Assembly: GCA_005772895.1 (NCBI GenBank)
Contig: SXIH01000067.1
Location: 13,163 to 77,162, forward strand
From: Bacteroidota bacterium
Lineage (GTDB): Bacteria > Bacteroidota > Bacteroidia > 2-12-FULL-35-15
Direction of reading: 5' to 3'
Length of the DNA: 64,000 nucleotides
In this document: one piece after another, positions 10,474-19,174 of the stretch
Layout: each line of letters begins with the position of its first letter
How positions within the stretch are numbered: position 1 is the stretch's first letter
Notes under the pieces: model-generated
Seen by the model: the letters and a program-made list of their open reading frames with translations, nothing else
Databases searched by the model: none
What the model was told of the DNA's origin: nothing
Translations under genes and position numbers: made by a program

Positions 10474-10474
10474 T

Positions 10475-11392
10475 ATGATTAAGTTTGTAGAAAATAAAAA
10501 CATCAATAAAAAGAAATGGGATGATTGTGTTAACAATAGTTCTAATCCTTCTGTTTTTGTTTATTCCTGGTATTTAGATGTTGTTTGCAAAAACTGGTCG
10601 GCACTGATTTTGAATGATTATGAAGCAGTTTTTCCAATTGTTTCAAAAACCAAATACAAGATTCATTATTTATATCAACCTTTTTTTACACGTTATTTTG
10701 GCGTGTTTTCATCTTCAAAAATTTCTTCAAAAGTTCTAACTGAATTTATGCAGGCGATTCCGGAAAAATTTAAATACATCGAATTTTGTTTTCAGGAAGG
10801 AATAACTACTCTAAAAGGGTTTGAATCAAAGGAAAAAAAATTTCAGTTATTGGATTTAGGCCCAAAGCATGATGTTCTTTATAAAGAGTATTCAGACAAT
10901 GCCAAAAGAAACATTAAAAAAGCAGTAAAAGCAGGATTGAAAATTCGACCGGATATTGCTCCTGAAAAAATAGTTCAACTTTTTAAATCTACAAAAGGAG
11001 ATGAGTTGGAAGTTTTTGGTGCGGATGATTATAAAACACTCATTAAATTAATGAATACCTGCAATGATTTGAAAAAAGGACAATCGATTGCCATTTACGA
11101 TGGCGATAAATTATGTGCTGCGGCATTTTTTATGTTTAGCAACAACCGTTTTACATTTCTGAAAAGTGGTGTGACGGATGATGGTAAGGCAAAAGGAGCA
11201 ATGCATCTGCTATTTGATTATTTTATTCAGAATAATTCAGGAAAGAAGTATCAGCTTGATTTTGGTGGTTCTTCTGTTGAGAATGTGGCTCGTTTTTACA
11301 AAAATTTCGGAGCAAAAGATTGCGTATATTTGCAAGTGAAGAAAAACAATTTGCCCAAACTGATAAAATGGGTTAAATCATTAAAAAAGTAA
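10475..11392 (+). CDS. FemAB-like / GNAT-fold acyltransferase family protein
   Basis: ~305 aa from the ATG at 10475, 1 nt after the upstream stop. The longer track ORF overlaps the upstream gene by 60 nt. The FemAB/GNAT-like call rests only on protein length and overall similarity in character to FemAB/BioF2-type acyltransferases, with no diagnostic motif recognised, so it is low-moderate confidence. Confidence 0.4.
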   Translation: MIKFVENKNINKKKWDDCVNNSSNPSVFVYSWYLDVVCKNWSALILNDYEAVFPIVSKTKYKIHYLYQPFFTRYFGVFSSSKISSKVLTEFMQAIPEKFKYIEFCFQEGITTLKGFESKEKKFQLLDLGPKHDVLYKEYSDNAKRNIKKAVKAGLKIRPDIAPEKIVQLFKSTKGDELEVFGADDYKTLIKLMNTCNDLKKGQSIAIYDGDKLCAAAFFMFSNNRFTFLKSGVTDDGKAKGAMHLLFDYFIQNNSGKKYQLDFGGSSVENVARFYKNFGAKDCVYLQVKKNNLPKLIKWVKSLKK

Positions 11393-11396
11393 GCAT

Positions 11397-12044
11397 ATGG
11401 TACATGTTTTAGGTGCAACTAATTCGATTTTTAATCAATATATTTCCGAAATACGTGATGAGGTTATTCAGAAGGATAGTATGCGTTTCCGAAGAAATTT
11501 AGAGCGAATGGGCGAAATTATGGCTTATGAGATAAGCAAAACTTTAAATTATTCATTAGTTGATGTAACAACTCCTTTGGGAATTGCCAGTGTTTCAATT
11601 CCAGCTCAACAACCGGTTATTGCAACAATTTTGCGAGCAGGATTACCTTTACATCAAGGATTATTAAACTATTTTGACAAAGCAGAAAACTCGTTTATAT
11701 CAGCTTATCGTAAGCACCACAAAGATGGAAGTTTTGATATTCAGGTTGAATACATGGCTTCTCCTGATTTAACCGGTAAAACATTGATTCTTTGTGACCC
11801 CATGTTGGCTTCCGGTTCATCCATGGTTTTAACTTTTCAAGCTTTAATGAGAAGAGGAATTCCAGCACATACACATATTGTTTCTGTTATTTCCAGTACA
11901 GAAGGTGTTGAATATGCTAAAAAACATTTGCCACAAAATGTCACTTTGTGGGTTGGCGTTATTGATGAAGAATTAACAGCACAATCTTATATTGTTCCTG
12001 GATTAGGTGATGCTGGAGATCTTGCATTTGGACAAAAAATTTAA
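11397..12044 (+). CDS. upp: Uracil phosphoribosyltransferase
   Basis: 215 aa. PRPP-binding motif TLILCDPMLASGSS and C-terminal GLGDAGD. Confidence 0.9.
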   Translation: MVHVLGATNSIFNQYISEIRDEVIQKDSMRFRRNLERMGEIMAYEISKTLNYSLVDVTTPLGIASVSIPAQQPVIATILRAGLPLHQGLLNYFDKAENSFISAYRKHHKDGSFDIQVEYMASPDLTGKTLILCDPMLASGSSMVLTFQALMRRGIPAHTHIVSVISSTEGVEYAKKHLPQNVTLWVGVIDEELTAQSYIVPGLGDAGDLAFGQKI

Positions 12045-12057
12045 TAGATAAGAGGAT

Positions 12058-12537
12058 ATGGATGCGTGGTGGGAAATACTTTCTGTTTTTTTATTTAGTA
12101 CAATTAAATTTTTTTTTGGCGGAGTGCCTTTGGCTTTAGGATATAATTTTTCTCATCTTGAAAGTATTATTGTTACTTCGGCTGGAGGTTGTACAGGTGT
12201 TACCATTTTTGTATACGCTAGTGATGGATTAATTGCATTTTTTAAAAAAAGAGCAGCACTAAAAAAATTAAATAACCCGAACCTTCCTCCAAAGAAAAAA
12301 TTTACTCGTACTAACAGAATTATTATCGGAGTAAAAAGAAGATTTGGGCTTTGGGGTTTTTCTTTTATTGTTCCATTTTTAATTCCAGTTCCTTTAGGTT
12401 GCTTTTTGGCTGTACGTTACTTTGATGACAAGAAAAAAATAATTGGAGCGTTATGTGTTTCAATTGTATTTTGGGCTGTTGCAGGAGCATTTTTATACAA
12501 ACCACTTTTTGATGCAATACGATACTATTTTCTTTGA
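12058..12537 (+). CDS. Small integral membrane protein (hypothetical)
   Basis: 159 aa with 3-4 predicted TM helices. Sits between upp and the HAD hydrolase. Confidence 0.4.
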   Translation: MDAWWEILSVFLFSTIKFFFGGVPLALGYNFSHLESIIVTSAGGCTGVTIFVYASDGLIAFFKKRAALKKLNNPNLPPKKKFTRTNRIIIGVKRRFGLWGFSFIVPFLIPVPLGCFLAVRYFDDKKKIIGALCVSIVFWAVAGAFLYKPLFDAIRYYFL

Positions 12538-13204
12538 TTTGGATCATACGCTTTGGGATTTTGAAACAAATTCTAAAGAAGCTCTTTTTGAAATTTCTTC
12601 CAAACACCAACTATTTGATAAAGGCATTCCTTCCTTCGAACATTTTTTACTCGAGTATTTTGCCATTAATGAAAAATTATGGGAAGATTATCGAAAAAAT
12701 ATCATTTCAAAAGAAACACTTCGATATGATAGATTTCATCAGGCATTAAAAAAATTTAATATTGATGATTTTGAATTAGCCACTTCAATTGGCAACGATT
12801 ATGTAAAAAGTGCTCCGTATAAAACAAACTTGTTTCCTCATGCTCTTGAAGTACTTGAATATCTGAAAGAAAAATATTCCCTTCATATTATTACAAATGG
12901 TTTTGAAGAAACGCAGCATCTTAAATTAAGAAATTCCAAAATTGATCATTATTTTGACCATGTAATTACTTCCGAACGTTCAGGATTTAAAAAACCTGAC
13001 GAACGAATGTTTCACTTTTCATTAAGACATACTAATGCAAATGTAGAAACCAGCATAATGATAGGAGATAGTTTAGAGGCGGATGTGTTGGGAGCAAAAA
13101 ATGTAGGAATGCATCAAGTTTATTTTAATCCTCTGGAAAAAGAACACTCCGAAGACTTGACACACGAAGTAAAAGGCTTGAAAGAATTGATAGGAATTCT
13201 ATAA
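12512..13204 (+). CDS. HAD-family hydrolase, YjjG-like noncanonical pyrimidine 5'-nucleotidase
   Basis: Motif I IFFDLDHTLWDFE from the ATG at 12512. The track ORF from 12443 is an over-extension. Downstream HAD motifs are ITNG and GDSLEADV. Confidence 0.7.
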   Translation: MQYDTIFFDLDHTLWDFETNSKEALFEISSKHQLFDKGIPSFEHFLLEYFAINEKLWEDYRKNIISKETLRYDRFHQALKKFNIDDFELATSIGNDYVKSAPYKTNLFPHALEVLEYLKEKYSLHIITNGFEETQHLKLRNSKIDHYFDHVITSERSGFKKPDERMFHFSLRHTNANVETSIMIGDSLEADVLGAKNVGMHQVYFNPLEKEHSEDLTHEVKGLKELIGIL

Positions 13205-13211
13205 AACAAAA

Positions 13212-13246
13212 AATCCTCTCCGAAATAATCGAAGAGGATTTTTTAT
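13212..13246. terminator. Bidirectional rho-independent terminator-like hairpin between convergent genes
   Basis: aatcctctccgaaataatcgaagaggatttttt: 8-bp stem with one mismatch, followed by a T-run. Confidence 0.5.
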
Positions 13247-13259
13247 GATTTAACAAATA

Positions 13260-13589
13260 TTACTTATCTGTTTTTGTTGTCTCAGTTGTTGTTGCTGTAG
13301 TAGCTGCAGTTGCAGTTCCTTTTGATTTGCAGCAAGATTTTTTCTCTCCTGATCCTGAACAAGCTTTTGTAGCTTCACCAGAACAAGCTTTTCCGCTTGC
13401 ATCAGTTGTATGTTTTCCAGCTGCATCTTTTTTGCAACAAGCTTTTTCTTCTTTTTTCTTTTTGTCATCTCCTTTTTTATCATCTCCGTTTACTGTAACA
13501 ACTGTTGCAGTTGTAGAAGTTAATAAAGATGTAGCAGATGCTGCACCAACAATTCCTGTGAATGCAATTAATAAAAATAATTTTTTCAT
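13260..13589 (-). CDS. Small secreted low-complexity Cys/Lys/Thr-rich protein
   Basis: Signal peptide MKKLFLLIAFTGIVGAASA, then a K/T/C-rich body with paired Cys (CCKKD; KACSG x2; CCKSKG). The overlapping ORFs on the other frame and strand are low-complexity artefacts. Confidence 0.45.
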   Translation of the reverse strand: MKKLFLLIAFTGIVGAASATSLLTSTTATVVTVNGDDKKGDDKKKKEEKACCKKDAAGKHTTDASGKACSGEATKACSGSGEKKSCCKSKGTATAATTATTTETTKTDK

Positions 13590-13709
13590 GTGGTTTATGG
13601 TTTTAATGGTTGTTTCGATTATTATATAACCTAAAATTAATTAAAATATTTGATATCAGCTGAATTTTAACAATTGAAAATGTTAAATGGTGTTAATTGG
13701 GGGAAATTC

Positions 13710-14369
13710 CTACTCAAAAGTAGCAATCACAGTTTCCGGGCCAGTCACTTTTTGCTCCAAACTCACCTTTACTTTAACCGATAAAGGCAATAGTAAATCT
13801 ACTCTTGAGCCAAATTTAATGAAGCCGAATTCACTGCATTGAGTAGCAGTATCATTTTCCTTGGAATAATTTACAATCCTTCTGGCCATAGCTCCTGCAA
13901 TTTGTCGGAACAACACTTCCTGTCCATTCTTATGCTTTATTACTATAGTTGTTCTTTCATTATCTGTTGATGACTTAGGATGCCATGCAACTAAAAATAA
14001 ACCAGGATGATATTTTGAATACTTAACAATTCCACTTATCGGATAACGGTTGATGTGGACGTTGATGGGTGACATAAATATAGAAATCTGCAAACGTTTG
14101 TCGTTAAAATATTCCGTTTCCATCACTTCTTCAATAACTACTACTTTCCCATCTGCAGGAGCTACAATATTGTTTTCATTTATTGTAATGGTCCGATTTG
14201 GGTTTCTGAAAAATTGCAGGATTGTAATGAGTAAGAAAGCCGATAATGCATATCCTAACCAAATTATTATTGCGTAAGAGGAACAAAAATAATAAGTCAG
14301 AAAGTTGATTAGTCCTGCTACTAACAGCGTAATTATTAAAGATGGTATTCCTTCCTTGTGAAATTTCAT
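13710..14369 (-). CDS. psd: Phosphatidylserine decarboxylase proenzyme (short Bacteroidota/archaetidyl-type)
   Basis: 219 aa. N-terminal TM anchor and C-terminal self-cleavage region ...FGFIKFGSRVDLLLP. Confidence 0.8.
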   Translation of the reverse strand: MKFHKEGIPSLIITLLVAGLINFLTYYFCSSYAIIIWLGYALSAFLLITILQFFRNPNRTITINENNIVAPADGKVVVIEEVMETEYFNDKRLQISIFMSPINVHINRYPISGIVKYSKYHPGLFLVAWHPKSSTDNERTTIVIKHKNGQEVLFRQIAGAMARRIVNYSKENDTATQCSEFGFIKFGSRVDLLLPLSVKVKVSLEQKVTGPETVIATFE

Positions 14370-16270
14370 TATTTCTTTTTACCAATTTCCTGACGTTGTT
14401 TTGTCATTTCTTCCAATTTCTGCTGGAACTTTGATTGTTTAACAGGTTTCTTTTTGTTTTCCTGAAGTTTAGCGTGTAATGCATCGTGGTCAATTACAAA
14501 TTTTTGAATCACCCATGTTTGTCCGAATGTAATCATGTTAGCTAAGAAATAGTACCAGCTCAATCCGGCAGAATAACTATTCATGAATCCTAAGAACATG
14601 ATTGGCATCAAGTACATCATCCATTTCATGCCTGGCATTTGATTGCTGGTTCCCATTAACTGACTGTTGCTCCAAGTATACAATAAGGTAGAAGCAGTCA
14701 TTAATAAAGCAAACAAACTCATGTGATCACCGTAAATAGAATGGATAACAGGAATGTTCCCAAAGTTCCAAACAGAATCGTAGGTTGATAAATCGTGTGC
14801 CCAAAGGAAACTTTGTTGACGCAATTCAATAGATGCAGGGAAGAAATTGAACAAGGCAATTAAAATCGGCATTTGTAACAATACTGGAATACAACCAGCC
14901 ATTGGATTAACTCCTGCTGATTTGTACAATGCCATTGTAGCTTGTTGTTTTTTAATTGGATCATCATTTTTATGTTTTTCATTCAGCTCATCAATCTCCG
15001 GTTTTAGCACTCGCATTTTTGCGGATGATAAAATGGTTTTGTATGCAATTGGCAACAACAATAACTTTAAAATGATGGTTAAGATTAAAATGATGATACC
15101 ATAATTCAAATCAAAACTATCTAAGAAATTAAAAATTGGAATTGTTAAAAATCTGTTCAGCCAACCAAAAATTTTCCATCCCAAATTGATTTGCTTTTCT
15201 AATTCCAAATCATACTTTTTTAAAGTTGCAAAATGGTTGGGGCCAAAATACATTCTCATTCCAATTGATTCAGTAGGATTGGTATATGGAATTGAAATAG
15301 CAGCACGGTACTCTTTTACATATTTAGATGACGTTTGAGAAACAGTTTCAATGGATGTTTCTTTGTTAAATGTATTGTCGGCAATAATTACTGAAGTGAA
15401 AAATTGTTGCTTAAACCCAATCCATTTAACAGGAAATTCCATAGGAAGTTTCTCGTAAGTCGATTCACTAATTCTGTCTACATTTTCAGTAGGATATTTA
15501 AAATAAATGGTGGAAGCCATTTGTTGATTTCTGATATTATGCTCCTGGGTAGGAGTTTTCATACCCCAATTCATAGTTATACTTCCATTTGTAGAAATGA
15601 TGTTTTGCATTCCAACGGTATTAATCCGGAAGCCCATCATGTATTCATTTCCTGTTAAGGAATAAATGTATTCAATGTATTTTGCTTTATCACCGGCATA
15701 CAAACGCATAGAGATGCTTTTGCTTTCTGCTCCTTTAATGTTGAAGCTAGTACCTTCGGGAGTAAAAAATAAAGAGTCGGTTGCAAATTCTTTCCCAAAT
15801 GCTTTTATCGTCAAGTTTTGTGTGGAAGAGTCGGCATCAAATAATATGAGCGGCTTTTGGTCAAAAGTTTTGTATTTTTTTAATTCAACAGAAGTAATTC
15901 TACCACCTTTTGGAGAGATGGAAACCTTCATTAATTCATTTTCTAAAAGTATGGTCTTTGTATCTCCATTAGTAGCATCAACAAAGCCACCATATACCTG
16001 TTTTTTTAGAAGTGTTTGTAAGGAATCGTTTACTTTTCCTGTTGAATCTCTTAATAAAGCTACAGGAATACCGGCAACTACAGCAGGTTTTTCAACTTTA
16101 GTAATGGTTTCACTCTTAATTTTCTCATCAGTCTTATATTGAGCAATAGAGTCGCTTACAAATTGTTCTCTTCTCTTAGCTAATTCTTCAGCAGAAGGTT
16201 GACTAAGCACCATCCAGCCAATTAATATCGCTCCAATCAGTAATAAGCCGGTAATCGATTTTTTATCCAT
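14369..16270 (-). CDS. yidC: Membrane protein insertase YidC (long Bacteroidota form)
   Basis: 633 aa. N-terminal TM, large periplasmic domain, C-terminal 5-TM core and K-rich tail. Confidence 0.85.
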   Translation of the reverse strand: MDKKSITGLLLIGAILIGWMVLSQPSAEELAKRREQFVSDSIAQYKTDEKIKSETITKVEKPAVVAGIPVALLRDSTGKVNDSLQTLLKKQVYGGFVDATNGDTKTILLENELMKVSISPKGGRITSVELKKYKTFDQKPLILFDADSSTQNLTIKAFGKEFATDSLFFTPEGTSFNIKGAESKSISMRLYAGDKAKYIEYIYSLTGNEYMMGFRINTVGMQNIISTNGSITMNWGMKTPTQEHNIRNQQMASTIYFKYPTENVDRISESTYEKLPMEFPVKWIGFKQQFFTSVIIADNTFNKETSIETVSQTSSKYVKEYRAAISIPYTNPTESIGMRMYFGPNHFATLKKYDLELEKQINLGWKIFGWLNRFLTIPIFNFLDSFDLNYGIIILILTIILKLLLLPIAYKTILSSAKMRVLKPEIDELNEKHKNDDPIKKQQATMALYKSAGVNPMAGCIPVLLQMPILIALFNFFPASIELRQQSFLWAHDLSTYDSVWNFGNIPVIHSIYGDHMSLFALLMTASTLLYTWSNSQLMGTSNQMPGMKWMMYLMPIMFLGFMNSYSAGLSWYYFLANMITFGQTWVIQKFVIDHDALHAKLQENKKKPVKQSKFQQKLEEMTKQRQEIGKKK

Positions 16271-16463
16271 TCTAATTTAAAGTAAATCTTGATTTTTTAT
16301 AGGGCGCAAATATAACAATAATTTAGTGCTCAAGGGGGTATAACCAAGCAGAATTCTGTCTTATTTAAAAGGACGAATGAGAGTGTTTTTTACTTTAAAA
16401 TGAATTGCCATCCAAGTGTTGGGCGAACTTGGGCTTTTAGCATAAGGAACAGAGAGGTCAGGC

Positions 16464-16502
16464 AATAAAAAAGCCCCGATTATGAAGAGTAACCGAGGCT
16501 TT
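16464..16502 (-). terminator. Putative rho-independent terminator for the 16519-17172 gene
   Basis: On the minus strand: agcctcgg-loop-ccggggct (one mismatch) followed by TTTTTT. Confidence 0.4.
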
Positions 16503-16518
16503 AAGCTTAAATGCAGGC

Positions 16519-17172
16519 CTATTTTTCGAATTTATTGTATCCTTTTGGGATATCAAATACTGTTGGGTCAACCTCTTTTTTAGTAATTTTTGTTACTTCC
16601 AGGCGGCTGTTTTCTTTTCCAGCCAAATCAGTTTGATAAGAAAGCATTGGAAACATATTTTTTAAGTCTGCAATCTGTAAGAAGTAAATAGCAGATTTTT
16701 CTTTACGATTCAACTGACGCAATAATTTTTCAAAGAATGAAAACTTACCATCTGCAATGAAATAAGTAATCTGTGTGTTTTCTTCATTGTTAGTAACAAT
16801 GTATTCAACACATTTATATCCCTGTAAATTTTTAACATTCTGTCCTTTTTTAACACTGCAAGTTCCTTTAATTACAGGAGCAGCAGGCGTATTTTGATCA
16901 CCATACAATTTTCTGTCGTGATTCAAAAATTTCATTGTTTTAGCTTCTAAATCAACCAAAAATGAACCTTCTACTTTGCGTGATTTTGATCCGATCTCAT
17001 CAATGCGAACCATGTTGTCTTTCACAGTATAAACATAGCTAGTTGTATCAATAGTAGTAGATTTTTTGAATTCGATAACGCCTTCAAAAGATTGTGCAAC
17101 GGTAGTTAAAGAGAATGCTATCATTACTACAACTGCTGTGATTAGTTTTAAAATTGATTTTTTCATTTTCAT
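16519..17172 (-). CDS. Hypothetical secreted protein
   Basis: Signal peptide MKMKKSILKLITAVVVMIAFSLTTVAQ. No recognisable domain. Confidence 0.45.
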   Translation of the reverse strand: MKMKKSILKLITAVVVMIAFSLTTVAQSFEGVIEFKKSTTIDTTSYVYTVKDNMVRIDEIGSKSRKVEGSFLVDLEAKTMKFLNHDRKLYGDQNTPAAPVIKGTCSVKKGQNVKNLQGYKCVEYIVTNNEENTQITYFIADGKFSFFEKLLRQLNRKEKSAIYFLQIADLKNMFPMLSYQTDLAGKENSRLEVTKITKKEVDPTVFDIPKGYNKFEK

Positions 17173-17334
17173 TTTTGTTTTAGTTTAAAGTATCGCACTT
17201 GTGTGCTAAAATAGTAATTTTTTTTAAGAGCACTGGGTCTATTTCAAAAGTTGTACCAAAAATTATAAACATGTGATTTGGCAGCGAGATTTCGCATATT
17301 TGCTGAATTTAACGGTTAAATAAAATATAAGAAT

Positions 17335-17694
17335 ATGGCGGAACACAACATTACAGGTAAAAAAGGAGAGGAAATGGCGGCCGAATTCCTTGAAAAGAAA
17401 GGGTATAAAATTTTAGAAACCAATTGGCGTTTCATGAACTTTGAAGCCGATATTATTGCAGAAACAGCGAAAACGCTGGTAATCGCAGAAGTTAAAACAC
17501 GTAAAAGTAATTATTTTGGTGAGCCGGAAAGCTTTGTAACCAAGCAAAAGCAAAAGAACCTGATAAAAACAGCGAATGCCTATATTGAACGAAAGCAGCT
17601 CGATTTGGAAGTTAGATTTGATATTATATCGGTTGTTTTAAACGACAATAATTCGGTTAAACACATTGAAGATGCCTTTTACCCATTGTTGTAA
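17335..17694 (+). CDS. YraN-family (UPF0102) putative endonuclease
   Basis: 119 aa. Motif GEEMAAEFLEKKGYKILETNWR...ADIIA...VIAEVKTR matches YraN. Confidence 0.75.
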   Translation: MAEHNITGKKGEEMAAEFLEKKGYKILETNWRFMNFEADIIAETAKTLVIAEVKTRKSNYFGEPESFVTKQKQKNLIKTANAYIERKQLDLEVRFDIISVVLNDNNSVKHIEDAFYPLL

Positions 17695-17749
17695 TTTGCT
17701 TCTTCTCCTTTAATAATGCCCTTTCTAAGGTAAAACCTATTATTTTACT

Positions 17750-17757
17750 TATCTTTG
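17750..17757 (+). promoter_or_regulatory. Bacteroidota sigma-A -7 element (TAnnTTTG) upstream of rluB
   Basis: TAtcTTTG lies 16 nt upstream of the ATG at 17773. No clear -33 TTTG is seen. Confidence 0.3.
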
Positions 17758-17772
17758 CAAAAAAATACGAAT

Positions 17773-19092
17773 ATGGCTAAGGAATTCAAACGCAAAACAG
17801 GCAAAGATTTTAAGGGGAAACGTTCATTTGGAACAAAAAACAGAGGGAATGAAGATCAAAAGTCTGATTTTCCAAAGTCTAAGTATTCTGACAGTGAATC
17901 AAAGTCGTTTCCTGCAAAAGATAAAAAAGACAAGCGTGATAGTAAGCCGGCTTTTGAACGTTACCGTGATGAATCACGCCCTTCTGATTTTGGTTCTTCT
18001 AAACGAAATAATGATAGTCGCTCTGATGATTATAAAAAAAGAAAATCATCAGAGGAGACATCTTTTCCTAAAAAATATGCTGATAAAAAAGAATCATTTT
18101 TTGATAAGAAGAAAGAGGAAAGAAATTCTAAGCCCTTTTCAAAACGACCATTCTCAAAGGATTCGAATCAGATAAAAAAATCTTCATCTGCTAATCCATA
18201 TGATTTAGATGAAAAAGATTTTGAATATGGAAAGCCCAAAACAGAATACAATAAATCACAGGGTAAAGGATTTAAGGGCAGAGGATACGAGAAGAAACCC
18301 TATGTTAAAAAAACATGGACGAAAAAAGATACTCCTTCAAAAAAATCCCGTGAAGAAGATGATGGAAGTATGCGACTCAATAAATACATCGCTAATGCAG
18401 GAATTTGTTCGAGAAGAGAGGCGGATGATTTAATTTCTTCAGGTGTTGTTCAGGTAAATGGTAAAACCATAACCGAAATGGGATATCGTGTTAAGCCTAC
18501 TGATATTATTAAGTATGGCGGACAAACGCTTAAAAAAGAACGCTTGGTATATCTTATTTTAAACAAACCCAAAGACTATATCACTACTGCTGACGATCCT
18601 CAAAAAAGAAGAACAGTATTGGAATTAATTGCCGGAGCTTGTAAGGAACGTATTTATCCGGTTGGCCGTTTAGATAGAGCAACAACCGGTTTACTGATGT
18701 TTACCAATGATGGCGATTTAACCAAAAAGTTAACGCATCCGAAATACGGTGTACGTAAAATATATCATGTGGAGTTAGATAAACCTTTGAAACGTGCGGA
18801 TATGGATAAAATAACAGAAGGCTTGGAGTTGGAAGATGGTCCGATTAAAGTGGATGAAATTTCCTATGTTGCCAATGGAATTGATAAAACTCAAGTAGGA
18901 GTGGAGATACATTCAGGTAAAAACAGAATTGTAAGAAGAATATTTGAACACATGGGCTACAATGTTCGTAAGCTCGACAGGGTAATGTTTGGTTCTTTAA
19001 CCAAAAAAGATATGGCTCGCGGTCGCTGGAGATTTCTTACGGATGCAGAAGTAGGAATGCTCAAAATGATTAGTTCTGGCGAGGTTAAATAA
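17773..19092 (+). CDS. rluB: 23S rRNA pseudouridine synthase, RluB/RsuA family, with ~200-aa K/S/D-rich low-complexity N-terminal extension
   Basis: S4 domain (MRLNKYIANAGICSRREAD) and catalytic motif (GRLDRATTGLLMFTNDGDL). The ATG at 17773 is preferred over the TTG at 17755. Confidence 0.8.
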   Translation: MAKEFKRKTGKDFKGKRSFGTKNRGNEDQKSDFPKSKYSDSESKSFPAKDKKDKRDSKPAFERYRDESRPSDFGSSKRNNDSRSDDYKKRKSSEETSFPKKYADKKESFFDKKKEERNSKPFSKRPFSKDSNQIKKSSSANPYDLDEKDFEYGKPKTEYNKSQGKGFKGRGYEKKPYVKKTWTKKDTPSKKSREEDDGSMRLNKYIANAGICSRREADDLISSGVVQVNGKTITEMGYRVKPTDIIKYGGQTLKKERLVYLILNKPKDYITTADDPQKRRTVLELIAGACKERIYPVGRLDRATTGLLMFTNDGDLTKKLTHPKYGVRKIYHVELDKPLKRADMDKITEGLELEDGPIKVDEISYVANGIDKTQVGVEIHSGKNRIVRRIFEHMGYNVRKLDRVMFGSLTKKDMARGRWRFLTDAEVGMLKMISSGEVK

Positions 19093-19174
19093 TACTAAAC
19101 TTATTCACTTTCCGTTATTGATAACATCTTTTTGCTTTACATAGTATTACAGGCTTTTATTGTAAACTTTGTAA

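Noticed and set aside
13250-13629. Alternative overlapping ORFs (77 aa K-rich minus; 100 aa plus) in the low-complexity locus
   Set aside because: Only the 109-aa frame has a signal peptide and sensible start/terminator context. The others are composition-driven.
17755-17772. TTG start for rluB proposed by the ORF track
   Set aside because: An in-frame ATG 18 nt downstream is preceded by a TAnnTTTG -7 element at appropriate spacing.
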